A DNA stretch of 64,000 bases from Candidatus Multivorans sp. (GTDB taxonomy: Bacteria > Acidobacteriota > Thermoanaerobaculia > Multivoradales > Multivoraceae): contig OZ245033.1 in assembly GCA_965224025.1 (NCBI GenBank), positions 2,464,001-2,528,000 on the forward strand. The letters run 5' to 3'. Positions 32,211 through 41,673 of this stretch are shown here, one piece after another. How positions within the stretch are numbered: position 1 is the first letter of the stretch; the number at the start of each line of letters is the position of its first letter. The translations under genes and the position numbers were made by a program. Below the pieces are notes generated by a model. It was not told the DNA's origin, searched no databases, and saw nothing but the letters and a program-made list of their open reading frames with translations.

Positions 32211-32982
32211 CTGGCGCCCTCCGGCGAGGCGCCCGTTCCCGTTCCCAGCTCGCCGCTTGCCGACAGGATCGCGCCCGACAGGGGATCGTAGACGGCAACG
32301 ACGTAGCGGTGTGTGCGCTTGCGCATCAGGAGGTCCGTCTCGTAGACGAAGGTCTCTCCGGGTGGCGGCGTCTCCGAACCGAGGATCGGGATCTTGCTGA
32401 CCGGGGTTTCGGACCGTGCACCGTGTTCGTCGATCAGGGTGACCCGGAACTCCAGCTCGTTCATCCACTGCTCGCCTACCGGCAGCAAGGTCAGATCGTC
32501 GAGTGGAATCGTGACCTCCATCGGCACGAAGATCTTCCTGAACCTGGCTTTCCGCGAGGCGCCGAAGCGCACATCCAGGGCTTCGGCGCCGGGGGCGCCG
32601 CCGAACAGCAGGTTGCCTTCGACCAGCATCGTGAGCTCGGTGCTTCTCGACGGGTCCATGTAGTTACGGCGTGACCGGACCCGGAAATCGCTGCGTCCGA
32701 CCAACCGCACGTCGATGTCGTGAAGTTCGTCGTTCTGTTCGCGTGCCGGCTCGAATCCCAGCCAGTAGTAGGAGCGCGTGTCGGCTGCCGCGTCCGCCAG
32801 GGCTGTGCTGCGCGCCGCGTTGATCATGGCTACGCCGCCGGTTTCCCGGGCGAGGAACTCGAAGGCGGCGTGCTGGGAGGGTTCGAGATTCACCCAACGC
32901 CCATTGGAGGAGCGGCCGGCGTAGGCCAGGTTACTCCGTTGGCCGATCTCCTGGACGGTAAAGTTGGAGGAGCGGCCGGCGT
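32207..32982 (-). pseudogene. VWA paralogue 4, C-terminal half only
   Basis: FLARETGG..YYWLGFEP..VYDPLSG is present; the signal peptide and N-terminal half are missing. Confidence 0.75.
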
Positions 32983-34391
32983 CTCCGACCTGTCGCCGTG
33001 TTCGTCGATCAGGGCGACCCGAACTCCAGTTCGTTCATCCAGTGGCTGCCCATCGGCAGGAGTTTCACGTCGTCGAGAGGAATCGACACAACCATCGGCA
33101 CCTCGATCTTCCTGAAACCAGCCTTGCGAGGCGTGCCGAAGCGTGCGTCCAGGACGTCCTGGCCCGGCGAGTCGTCAAACAGCAGGGCACCTTCGACGAG
33201 CATCGTGACCTCGGCGCCCCTGGACATGTCCAGGAAGTGCTTTCGCGTGCGAACGCGGAGGCCGCGGCGCCCGACCAGCCGCACTCCGATGTCGTGAAGC
33301 TCGTCGTCTTCTTCGCGAGGAGCTTCGAAGCCGAACCAGTAGTAGGAGCGGGTGTCCCTTGCGGTCTCTGCGAAGGCTCGGTCGCGGTACGAATCGATCA
33401 TCGGCAGTCCGCCAGTCTGGCTGGCCAGAAACCGGAGGACGCCGTGCCCGCCTCGTCTCCCGCACCACCGAAGCGAGGCGGACGGGATTCTGGATGACCG
33501 GTAGGACGTGCCCAGGGTCCAGCCGCGGGAGTCGCTGGTGGAAGACGCTGTCTTACGCCCAAACACGCCGGAGGACGACGAACACGTGACCAGGTCCCTG
33601 AATCCGGGAAGATCGATCGGATAGAGGCTGTAGCCGACCTGGTTCGCGGCATGGACAAGTGGACCGTACAGGTTCTCCCTGTCTGTTTGAGGTGGTCCAG
33701 GTTCGGTGATGCTCCGAACGCCGGCCGACGTGCTCCAGCCGTCGGTCAGGAGAAGCGCCACCTTTCGGCCGGGAGCGCCGGCGAAACTGCGAACCGTGGC
33801 GGTAGCGGCCATCACGGCCTTCCGGACCTGATGCGCCCCCGAGTGGCGTAGCCTCGCGTGGCCATGTGCCCCGCGCTGCCGCGCTTGAACCAGGGCCTGC
33901 TCGATCTCCTGGCGGGAGTCGGTCCAGTCGGTGAGCCGGGCAACGTCTCTGCCATCGAAAGCGACAACCGCAAGGCGATCCGCCGGGTTCAGCAGAACGA
34001 GATCCTGCTCCAGGCGGCGCGGCACCCGGTTGCGGTGCTGCCGGACCGCGTGCAGGTCGTCGATGAAGATGAGATAGCTCGTGCCCACCGGTTCGTCCAT
34101 GACCAGGGACGGGACTCCCCCGACTCCGTCTTCGAACGGGCCTCGCGCGTAGCCTTCGTCGACCTCGGTGAAGTAACTGACCGGCACTGGTTCGCCGTCG
34201 ACCAGAAGTTCGAAGTCCTTCGCTTCGAGAGCTCGGATCCGATTGCCATTCCGGTCCGTGACGACGACCTCGACGTTGACGACCCGGACGTCGACTACTT
34301 CGGAGAACAGGTCGGGCAGGGGGCTCTCCTGTCCCCAGACGGGGACGGCTGCGACACAGAAGATGACAGCGGCCGCTGAACCCAGCCTCAT
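32983..34391 (-). pseudogene. VWA paralogue 5, C-terminally truncated
   Basis: Full N-terminus; homology ends at ...DRSETP near 32980, after a frameshift near 33018. Confidence 0.75.
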
Positions 34392-34544
34392 CGAGTCTCC
34401 CTGGCTGTCCTGTGGTTCAAGACAGTGTGCTGAGCAGCAACACGCGTGCCAAGGCCGTCGTTCAGCGAGGTGTCTCCACGCGCATGTGGGGCGCGAACGC
34501 GGCGAAGTCGCATACGTTCCAGGTGAGAATCGATTCGGCTTCGC

Positions 34545-34760
34545 CTATGAGCGCGGCTCGCGCGAGTCGTCGCGATCATCGCGCGTGCGGATTTCATCGA
34601 TGACGGCGGCCGTTTCCGCCTGGGTCAAAGCCGCCGGTGTTCTTCCTCGCGGCACCGCGACGACGAACGAGCCGCGCCGTTCGAGCCTGGCGTCCATTCG
34701 GCCGGGCTCGATGTGGGCGTCGTCGCCGGGCCGACGAACTGGTTTGTCGATCTTCGCCAT
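34545..34760 (-). CDS. Small protein resembling an antitoxin C-terminus
   Basis: 71 aa, ...ARLERRGSFVVAVPR...LTQAETAAVIDEIR; similar in style to the antitoxin at 56914-57144. Confidence 0.4.
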   Translation of the reverse strand: MAKIDKPVRRPGDDAHIEPGRMDARLERRGSFVVAVPRGRTPAALTQAETAAVIDEIRTRDDRDDSREPRS

Positions 34761-34845
34761 GGCGGAGACGATACCGCTTCTCCTCTCGCGCAGGCTGAGC
34801 CTTCCAAGAGGCCGGGAGGGGACCCGGGAGGCTCGTCGGACAAGG

Positions 34846-36309
34846 TCAACGGCGAACCTGAGCGAGTCGCCGGCGGAGCCGCGAGGCATCGGGGCGCCCC
34901 GCTTCCTCGGCGAGGTCGAGCGCCTTCTCGAGCTGCGCGGCGGCGGGGTCGTCGAGTCCCGAGGCCGCCATTGCTTCGGCCACGTTCTCGAGGAGCTGAA
35001 TCAGAGCGCCCCGGGTCGAGGGATCCTGGGGGCGCGCGCCGTAGGCGCGGTCCAGTGTCTCCACGGTACGAACGACGTCGCCTCGTTCCGCACTGATCAG
35101 GGCGACGAGGAGCATCATGTTCACGTCGCCGGCGGCCCGTTCCAGAGCTTCGTCCGCCATTGCCAGGGCTCCGGTCTGATCGCCGCTCTGGAAGAGGGCG
35201 CGGGCCAGGAAGGCAGCGACGCCTTCGAGTTCCGGGTGCAGGTCGTACGCACGGCGGGCAGCCGCGAGCGAGCCCGGCTGGTCGCCCGATGCCGCGAGCA
35301 CTTCGGCGAGGGCGAAGTGGAACTCGGGCCGCAAGGCGTCGACTTGGATGCCGGCCAGGAGCTCGCGCTGCGCGAGGTCGAGTTCGCCGTGGACGCGGTG
35401 GGCGTTCGCGCGGCGCAGGTAGCTCCGAGCGTCGAGCGCTAGTTCGTGGACGCTGGAGCGGATCGGGTCGTTGCGGTAGTTGATTCGTCCCAGTGAACGC
35501 GCGGCGGCGGCGATCTGTTGCCCGCGTTCGCGGTCGCCGGCCCGGGCATGCGCCTGTGCGAGGGTGACGGCGAACGATCGGTTCTCGGGCGCCAGTTCGC
35601 GGGCGCGTGACAAGTGTCGGACGGCGGCGTCCGCGTCGCCTGCGGCGAGGGCCAGCCGGCCCAGGCCGGCGTGGGCGTGGGCGTTGGCCGGCATGAGTCG
35701 GGCGGCCTGCTCGTACTCCCCGGTGGCGGCGTCGAACCGGCCAGCCCGCTCCAGGGCCTCGGCGTAGCGGGCGCGGCCGGGAGCGTAGTCGGGGTCGAGG
35801 TCGAGGGCGGCGCGGTAGAGCGGAAGGCTGTCCGCGGCGGAACGCTCGTCGATCAGGGCGGCGAGGAGGTAGGGCCAGCGGAAGGTCCGTGGTGACAGCT
35901 CGTGGGCCTGCCGGTAGGCGGCGATCGCTTCTTCGGTGAAGGTGTGCGCTTCGAGTGCCATGCCGTAGCCGCCCCAGGTGTCGCCGCTTTGGGCGTTGGC
36001 GCGGAGGTCGGCCTGGAGGGTTGTGAGCCGTTGGCGAACGGCGGGTTCGGCGCCGTCGAGTTGGGGGGTGGGGATCTGTTGGGCGGGGAGGGTGGCGGCG
36101 GTGGTGAGGAGAAGAATGGTTGCGAACGAGAGTCGCGGAGACCGGCGCGCGGGCGCGCCGGATGCCGGCCGGAGGCCGGCGTACGCAGCGGGAGGTCTCG
36201 GCTTCAGGGAAGGCGTAGCGCTGCCGCAACGTCGCCGGCCGGAGGCCGGCGTACTCAGCGGGCGGGTGTCGCCGGGCCGAGGCTCTCTGCGCGTTTGTCG
36301 GGTCGTCAC
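34846..36309 (-). CDS. Tetratricopeptide-repeat protein (start uncertain)
   Basis: Repeated A...Y..A..L.P helices; signal-like ATILLLTTAATLPAQ; possible GTG at 36309 coupled to the CRTAC1 stop. Confidence 0.8.
   Translation of the reverse strand: MTTRQTRREPRPGDTRPLSTPASGRRRCGSATPSLKPRPPAAYAGLRPASGAPARRSPRLSFATILLLTTAATLPAQQIPTPQLDGAEPAVRQRLTTLQADLRANAQSGDTWGGYGMALEAHTFTEEAIAAYRQAHELSPRTFRWPYLLAALIDERSAADSLPLYRAALDLDPDYAPGRARYAEALERAGRFDAATGEYEQAARLMPANAHAHAGLGRLALAAGDADAAVRHLSRARELAPENRSFAVTLAQAHARAGDRERGQQIAAAARSLGRINYRNDPIRSSVHELALDARSYLRRANAHRVHGELDLAQRELLAGIQVDALRPEFHFALAEVLAASGDQPGSLAAARRAYDLHPELEGVAAFLARALFQSGDQTGALAMADEALERAAGDVNMMLLVALISAERGDVVRTVETLDRAYGARPQDPSTRGALIQLLENVAEAMAASGLDDPAAAQLEKALDLAEEAGRPDASRLRRRLAQVRR
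36164..36262. repeat. Two direct copies of a REP-like palindrome (family B)
   Basis: gccggccggaggccggcgtac(g/t)cagcggg at 36164-36192 and 36234-36262; a related inverted copy lies at 54474-54499. Confidence 0.8.
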
Positions 36310-38117
36310 GGTGTCTGTCCTTCGCCGCGGATGAGCTCGATGACTTGGTTGGCGGCGGCGCCGTCGAAGGTCTCGGCGAGGCCGTCGGGCCAGACGACGT
36401 CGAAGCTCTCGACGGAGTCGGCGGTGCCGAGTCCGAGGTGTGCCGTTGCCGGGCCGGCGGAGAGGTAACTGCCGGGAGGCAGGACGTGGAGCAGCCGCGC
36501 GCCAACTGCGGTGTGGGCGGTGATCCGGGCGCCGATCGCTTCGCGGTTGAGGCGCGGATCGATGGCGCGGATCTGGAGCCAGTTGGCGGCGCCGGTTTCT
36601 TCGCCGGGACCGTCGGGGTCGATGGTCAGGTTGCGCAGCAACTGGATATGCCCGTCCAGGTTGGCGATCACCAGGTCGAGGTCGCCGTCGCGGTCCAGGT
36701 CGGTGGGAACGAGCGCCCGGCTGAGGCCGAGCTCGGTCCAGGGCAGCTCGGAGGAGGCGTCGGTGAAGCGTCCGCCCTGGTTGATCAGGAGCAGATTGGG
36801 TTCGACGTAGTCGGACCAGAATGCGGGCAGGATGCCCGGGTGCCATCCGGGCGCCCGATGACGGGCGCCCGGACTGGTTCGCGGGTGGCGCTGGAGAGCG
36901 CCACCCGGGTTCCCGGGCGGCGTCAGTGCGGAGGGCCGCCGTTTGACGGCGCCGTTGGCGACCGCGATGTCGAGATCGCCGTCGTTGTCGGCGTCGAAGA
37001 AGGCGGCGCCGAAACCGGTCAGATCGAGGCTGGCGGCGCCGAGGTCGGATTCGATCGTCGCGTCCTCAAAGCCGGGCAGCATGAGATTGCGGTAGTACGT
37101 GTTCGTCTCGGTGATCAGGTGGGTAACGAACAGGTCGAGGTCGAGGTCGAGGTCCGCGTCGCCGGTGGCGATGCCCATGCCGGCCTCGCTGTTGCCCCAA
37201 CGGTTGAAGGCCGACCCCTGGAGAACGCCCTCGTCGACGAAGCTGGCGCCGCCCTGGTTGACCCACAGGTTGTTCGGGTCGGCGTCGTTCGCCACGTAGA
37301 GGTCCATCTCGCCATTGTGGTCGAAGTCGGCGGCGACGACGCCCAGGCCGGCATCGGAGACCATCGAGATGCCGGCTGAGGCGCTCACGTCCTCGAAACC
37401 GGCGCCGCCCCGGTTGTGCAGCAGCACGTCGCTCAGTCCCTCGAACTCGGTCGGCCCGCAGAAATCGCGCCGGCCGCCGTGCTGGGAGCAGACCCGCTCC
37501 GGGTCGAAGGCGACGTAGCGGGCGACGTAGACGTCCAGATAGCCGTCACGGTCGAAGTCGAGCAGGGCGGCGGAGGAGGACCAGCCGGGTGTGGCCGCGC
37601 CCCATGCCTCGCTCCGATCCGTGAAGACACCGTCGCCGTCATTCAGCAGCAGACGGTCGGGACCGACGCGGGTCATGTAGAGATCGAGATCGCCGTCGTT
37701 GTCGAGGTCGCCGGCGGCGGCGCCCATGCCGTCGCCATCCAGCCCGGCCGCCGTCGTTGCGTCGGTGAAGCGGCCGTCGTCCTGTTGCTGGTAGAACCGG
37801 CTGCCGGAGTCTTCGGAGGCTCGCGTTGGTGCGATCAGGTAGAGGTCGAGATCACCGTCGCTGTCGGCGTCGAAGACCGCGACGCCGCCGCCCATCACGG
37901 CCGGCATGGGGTAGGTCGAGTCCGTGCCGGTCCTGTAGATGAAGTCGATGCCGCTCGCGGCGGCTACATCGACGAAGCGGGCGGCCACGGCGGCCGCCGC
38001 CGGACCGGCGACGGACGTCGGGTCCGTTGGTCCGGAAGCCGGGTCCGAGGGCGGCGAGCAGCCGCCCGCCAACGCGCTGAGGAGGCCTATCCAGAAGCCC
38101 GTATCCGCTGCCCGCAT
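36306..38117 (-). CDS. CRTAC1-family lipoprotein (FG-GAP repeats plus ASPIC/UnbV domain)
   Basis: Lipobox AGGC; repeated DxDxDGDLDL; AGMGIATGD; C-terminal AIGARI..GSYLS..HLGLG..WPDG. Confidence 0.92.
   Translation of the reverse strand: MRAADTGFWIGLLSALAGGCSPPSDPASGPTDPTSVAGPAAAAVAARFVDVAAASGIDFIYRTGTDSTYPMPAVMGGGVAVFDADSDGDLDLYLIAPTRASEDSGSRFYQQQDDGRFTDATTAAGLDGDGMGAAAGDLDNDGDLDLYMTRVGPDRLLLNDGDGVFTDRSEAWGAATPGWSSSAALLDFDRDGYLDVYVARYVAFDPERVCSQHGGRRDFCGPTEFEGLSDVLLHNRGGAGFEDVSASAGISMVSDAGLGVVAADFDHNGEMDLYVANDADPNNLWVNQGGASFVDEGVLQGSAFNRWGNSEAGMGIATGDADLDLDLDLFVTHLITETNTYYRNLMLPGFEDATIESDLGAASLDLTGFGAAFFDADNDGDLDIAVANGAVKRRPSALTPPGNPGGALQRHPRTSPGARHRAPGWHPGILPAFWSDYVEPNLLLINQGGRFTDASSELPWTELGLSRALVPTDLDRDGDLDLVIANLDGHIQLLRNLTIDPDGPGEETGAANWLQIRAIDPRLNREAIGARITAHTAVGARLLHVLPPGSYLSAGPATAHLGLGTADSVESFDVVWPDGLAETFDGAAANQVIELIRGEGQTP
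36841..36909 (+). repeat. 69-bp double-hairpin insertion element, copy 2 (in frame inside the CRTAC1 gene)
   Basis: Perfect stems tccgggcgcccg-atga-cgggcgcccgga and cgggtggcgct-ggag-agcgccacccg; homologous to 12133-12200. Confidence 0.8.
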
Positions 38118-38198
38118 CGCTTGATTCTGTACCAGGGCGAGCGCCGGGTTCAGCAGCCTTCGGCCGCCGTCATCAGGTGGCGCGAGCGAAGCCGATTC

Positions 38199-38612
38199 CT
38201 ACTGCCAGGCTCCCTGGATGGCCCCAACGATCGCGAAGCCGATCGTCAGGTGCGCCGCGTTGATCAACCACAGCTTGAGGGACTTCTGCTCGTGCAGGTA
38301 GTTGACGCCCATCATCACCGAAGCGACGCCAAGGCCGAGGAGCAGACCGGTGTGGATTCCGGCCATGTAGCCCTCGCCGCCCATTTCGGCCATCAGCATG
38401 CCGACGACGATGGCCGCGACCAGTTCGAGCACGAAGGTGCCACCCATCGTCTGGACCATGTTGACCTCGGGCGGGTTCTCCGTATCGATCCCCAGTTCGG
38501 CGGCCCATGCCTTACCGAACAGGACGGAGTACCAGAGGGCTCCGAGGGCGTAGAAGGCAACGGCGGACACGATCACGGCGAGCCAGTTCAGGTCGGCGAG
38601 ATGCATGGGCAC
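38199..38612 (-). CDS. DUF1761-family membrane protein
   Basis: NWLAVIVSA..LGALWYSVLFGKAW...LWLINAAH; four TM helices. Confidence 0.85.
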   Translation of the reverse strand: MPMHLADLNWLAVIVSAVAFYALGALWYSVLFGKAWAAELGIDTENPPEVNMVQTMGGTFVLELVAAIVVGMLMAEMGGEGYMAGIHTGLLLGLGVASVMMGVNYLHEQKSLKLWLINAAHLTIGFAIVGAIQGAWQ

Positions 38613-38679
38613 ACTCCTTTCGGATGTTACTCGTAACTTTCAGTGTAGCTTCTGCTTTGAGGAGTGCAAGCTGGTGCGG

Positions 38680-39150
38680 CTACTCCTCCGGCACGCCGAA
38701 GTGCTCGACCATGTAGGCGTCGCAGGGGCCTGCAAGAAAGTCGAGGAAGATCTCGTTGACGAGCTTGACCGCCCTGGTGGCGGCGTAGTCGAGGTCGCCG
38801 TCGAGGCAGCGCAACTCGATCGATACGGAGCCGGCCCGGTTCCGACAGCCGGCGTTCGCCTTGGCCGGGTCGAGACGGCGGTGCTCCGGCAGATCCTCGC
38901 TGCTGCGGGCCGCGACGTACGACCGGAGCGCCCGGTCCATGACCGACGGATAGGGAATGCCGGGCAGGAGGTCGACGAAGACGAGGGTGCCGCGCCGCGG
39001 GTCGAACCGCAGCCGATGCGGCTCCGGTGCGTGCCAGAGAAATCTGCACTCCAGGCCGCCCCCACGCGTTGTTCCGGCCCCGAATCCCCGAAAGATCCCC
39101 CGGTCGGCGTACTTCTGCAAGCAGGCAAGCACCGTCTCGGGCGGGGTCAT
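38680..39150 (-). CDS. Hypothetical protein
   Basis: 156 aa with GGAGGG RBS; co-directional with the ThDP enzyme gene. Confidence 0.7.
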   Translation of the reverse strand: MTPPETVLACLQKYADRGIFRGFGAGTTRGGGLECRFLWHAPEPHRLRFDPRRGTLVFVDLLPGIPYPSVMDRALRSYVAARSSEDLPEHRRLDPAKANAGCRNRAGSVSIELRCLDGDLDYAATRAVKLVNEIFLDFLAGPCDAYMVEHFGVPEE

Positions 39151-39184
39151 CCGAAGACCCTCCGGAAGCGGGTGAGTCGCCGTT

Positions 39185-41170
39185 TCAGTGGTAGTAGGCC
39201 ATGCAGCCGGGCTCGACCTTGCGGGGCAGGCCGGGCGGGTAATCGTTGGTCCAGAACTCCTTGATCGCCTGGCAGTTGATGAGCGTCGAGACGCCGTCCC
39301 TGGCGGCCATCTCGTAGCTCCTGGGCAGGGCCTCCCGCAGTTGCTCGGGCGAGGTGACGTACTCGCCGCGGGCGCCCAGGCCTTCGGCGATCTTGTCGTA
39401 GCGCAGGTTCTCCTGGAACAGGTACATGTGCATCGAGCGGGTGGCCCGCCGCGCCGATCCGTACACGCCCCAGGCGTTGTTGTTGTAGACCAGCACGACC
39501 GCGGGAATCTTGTACTTCGCCAGCGTCTCGAACTCCATGCCGGAGTAGCCGACGCCGGCGTCGCCGGTGACGGCGAAGACGGGCGCGCCGCGATAGGGCG
39601 CCTGCGGACCCACTCCGTTCATCACCGCCGCGCCGGCGCCTACGGTGTAGCCGACGTCCGGGCCGATCGCGCCGTACTGGTAGGCGCCGTTCAGGATCTG
39701 CCCCGGCCGGTGGGCGCGCAGCCAGCGGCGCGTGTAGCGGGCGATGCCGTAACCGCCGGAGACCACGGTCGTCTGCTCCTTCGGCAGATCGCCGGAGTAG
39801 AGGAAGGACGAAAGCTCCTGCGCGATCACCGCCGGGTGGATCGAGTCCGTGGCGGCGCTGTGCTTCAGGCCGAGTTCGTACCACTCCGCGTTCTGCTTCG
39901 CGAACGCCTCGCGGGCGGCCGCGAGTTCGGTGCGCCAGGCCGGACGCGCCGCGGACGGCAGCGCCTCGGCGAGCGCTTCGAGCCCGCCGCGGGCGCTGGC
40001 GACGAGACCGAGATCGACGGGCAGGTTGCGGCCGATGTCGGCGGCGTCGGGATCGATGCGGATGACCTTGGCGTCCGGGTCGAAAGCGACCTCGCCGACG
40101 TTGGGCATCGAATACTGGCCGGCGAAGATCACGAGATCGGCCGAGAGCAAGGCGTCGGGTCCGGTGCTCGCCGAGAGCGGGTGGCTGTCGGGGAAGTGAC
40201 CGCGCATGGCCCCGGACTCGACCACCGCGATGTCGGCGCGCTCGGCCACGGCGCGGAGCACGTCCCACGCCCGGTCGTAGAAGACGCCGGTCGAGGCGAC
40301 GATGATCGGCCGCTCGGCCTTCTGGATCATCTCCACCGCCTTCGCCGTGTCGGCCCTGGACGGGTAGGGGTGGGCTTCGGTGCGGTACGTGCTCTTGTCG
40401 TGGTAGTAGAGCAGGTCGTCCGGCGTGTCGAACTGGGCTCGCGCGACCTCGCCGGTGAAGTCGAGGTGGACCGGGCGCGGTACGCCGGACCGCAGGTGCC
40501 GGAAAGCGTAGGCGGCGTACTCGTAGACCCGGTTCGGGGTGATCAACCGCTTGCCGTACTTCTTCATCCCGACCGTGGTCGGCTGCTGGTAGCCGCGCTG
40601 GATACCGCGCTCCGTGTCGTCGCCGCCGACGGTCATGTTGCTGGCCAGCACCAGAAGCGGCGTGCGTGCGGCGTTCGCGGCGCCGATGTTCATGATCATG
40701 TTCGTGAACCCGGGCCCCTCGGTGCCCGAGCAGGCGGCGACCTCGCCGGTGACCCGGGTGAAGCCGTCGGCGGCGGCGCACATGCTGCCCTCGGTGCGGC
40801 CGCCGTAAGTGGGGACGCCCTCGGCGGCGATTGCGTTAATCACCTGGTAGTTGCCGGGCGCGCAGAACAGCGCCTTCAGACCCTCGTGGGCGCAGGCTCG
40901 GGCGAAGACCTGAGCGCCGTTCATCGGGAACTCGGCCGGGTCGGGCGCCTCGCCCAGAGTGCGCGGGATGTCCTCGGGGATCGAGATCGGCCGCTCCTCG
41001 CGGTCGACGGCGGCGGCCCTGGCCTGGTTGGCGAACAGGGCGGCGGCGCCGACGCCGGCGGCGCTCGTAGCGACGAATCTGCGGCGAGAAACCGAGGAGC
41101 CCTTCCCCGGCTCTCCGACCTGGCCCTTCTCGGTGGTCTGGGTCTCGGGCGTACGTTGGGTCTCGCTCAT
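39185..41170 (-). CDS. Thiamine-diphosphate-dependent enzyme (OXC/HACL/ALS-like) with a twin-arginine signal
   Basis: ATG at 41170; SRRRFV + hydrophobic + ARA; GRTEGS; EGPGFTN; ThDP motif GDAG...NNN. Confidence 0.9.
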   Translation of the reverse strand: MSETQRTPETQTTEKGQVGEPGKGSSVSRRRFVATSAAGVGAAALFANQARAAAVDREERPISIPEDIPRTLGEAPDPAEFPMNGAQVFARACAHEGLKALFCAPGNYQVINAIAAEGVPTYGGRTEGSMCAAADGFTRVTGEVAACSGTEGPGFTNMIMNIGAANAARTPLLVLASNMTVGGDDTERGIQRGYQQPTTVGMKKYGKRLITPNRVYEYAAYAFRHLRSGVPRPVHLDFTGEVARAQFDTPDDLLYYHDKSTYRTEAHPYPSRADTAKAVEMIQKAERPIIVASTGVFYDRAWDVLRAVAERADIAVVESGAMRGHFPDSHPLSASTGPDALLSADLVIFAGQYSMPNVGEVAFDPDAKVIRIDPDAADIGRNLPVDLGLVASARGGLEALAEALPSAARPAWRTELAAAREAFAKQNAEWYELGLKHSAATDSIHPAVIAQELSSFLYSGDLPKEQTTVVSGGYGIARYTRRWLRAHRPGQILNGAYQYGAIGPDVGYTVGAGAAVMNGVGPQAPYRGAPVFAVTGDAGVGYSGMEFETLAKYKIPAVVLVYNNNAWGVYGSARRATRSMHMYLFQENLRYDKIAEGLGARGEYVTSPEQLREALPRSYEMAARDGVSTLINCQAIKEFWTNDYPPGLPRKVEPGCMAYYH

Positions 41171-41172
41171 TG

Positions 41173-41643
41173 TCAGTTCTCCAGGATCTGGACGGACCCT
41201 TCGAGGGGCGGTTTCTTCGGCCGCATCTCCTTTGGACCGATGCTCCGCAGGTAATGGACGAGGTCCCATATCTCGTCGTTGTCGAGTTCCTCTTCGAACG
41301 GCGGCATGTCGAGGCCGGCGCCGAACTTCGTGCTGCGGAAGAGGTCGCCGTCGGTGGTCCCGAATCGCCAGCGCTCGGGGTCGGTGAGGTCGGCGGCCTC
41401 AAAGTCGATGTTCTCGAGCGCGCGACCGTCGAAGCCGTGGCAGATCTGGCAGTGCCGCAGGTAGTGGGTGCGGCCGCTCTTCGCCGCGGTCTGCGTGTAC
41501 GGCGTGGGGTTCGCGGCTACCACGACGTCCTCCGCCGGTTTGCCGCCGATGGTCGCGTCGGTCTGGCCGGCCGCGGCCGCGGCCGCGGCAAGGCAGAGCG
41601 ACGCGAACGTCGCTTCGCGGAGCGCTTTGAGGACGACTGTCAT
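41173..41643 (-). CDS. Monoheme cytochrome c
   Basis: Signal peptide; CQICH; MPPF distal Met; [10 protein letters not shown]. Confidence 0.9.
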   Translation of the reverse strand: MTVVLKALREATFASLCLAAAAAAAGQTDATIGGKPAEDVVVAANPTPYTQTAAKSGRTHYLRHCQICHGFDGRALENIDFEAADLTDPERWRFGTTDGDLFRSTKFGAGLDMPPFEEELDNDEIWDLVHYLRSIGPKEMRPKKPPLEGSVQILEN

Positions 41644-41673
41644 CGGAGGGACCGGGACAGTGTACCGCCGGAC

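Noticed and set aside
27388-34391. Diversity-generating retroelement acting on the VWA array
   Set aside because: No reverse transcriptase and no template/variable repeat pair with adenine-specific mismatches. Variation is in internal loops of different lengths.
36164-36262. Mini CRISPR array (29-bp repeats with a 41-bp spacer)
   Set aside because: Only two repeats, no cas genes, and related copies are dispersed elsewhere, which fits REP elements better.
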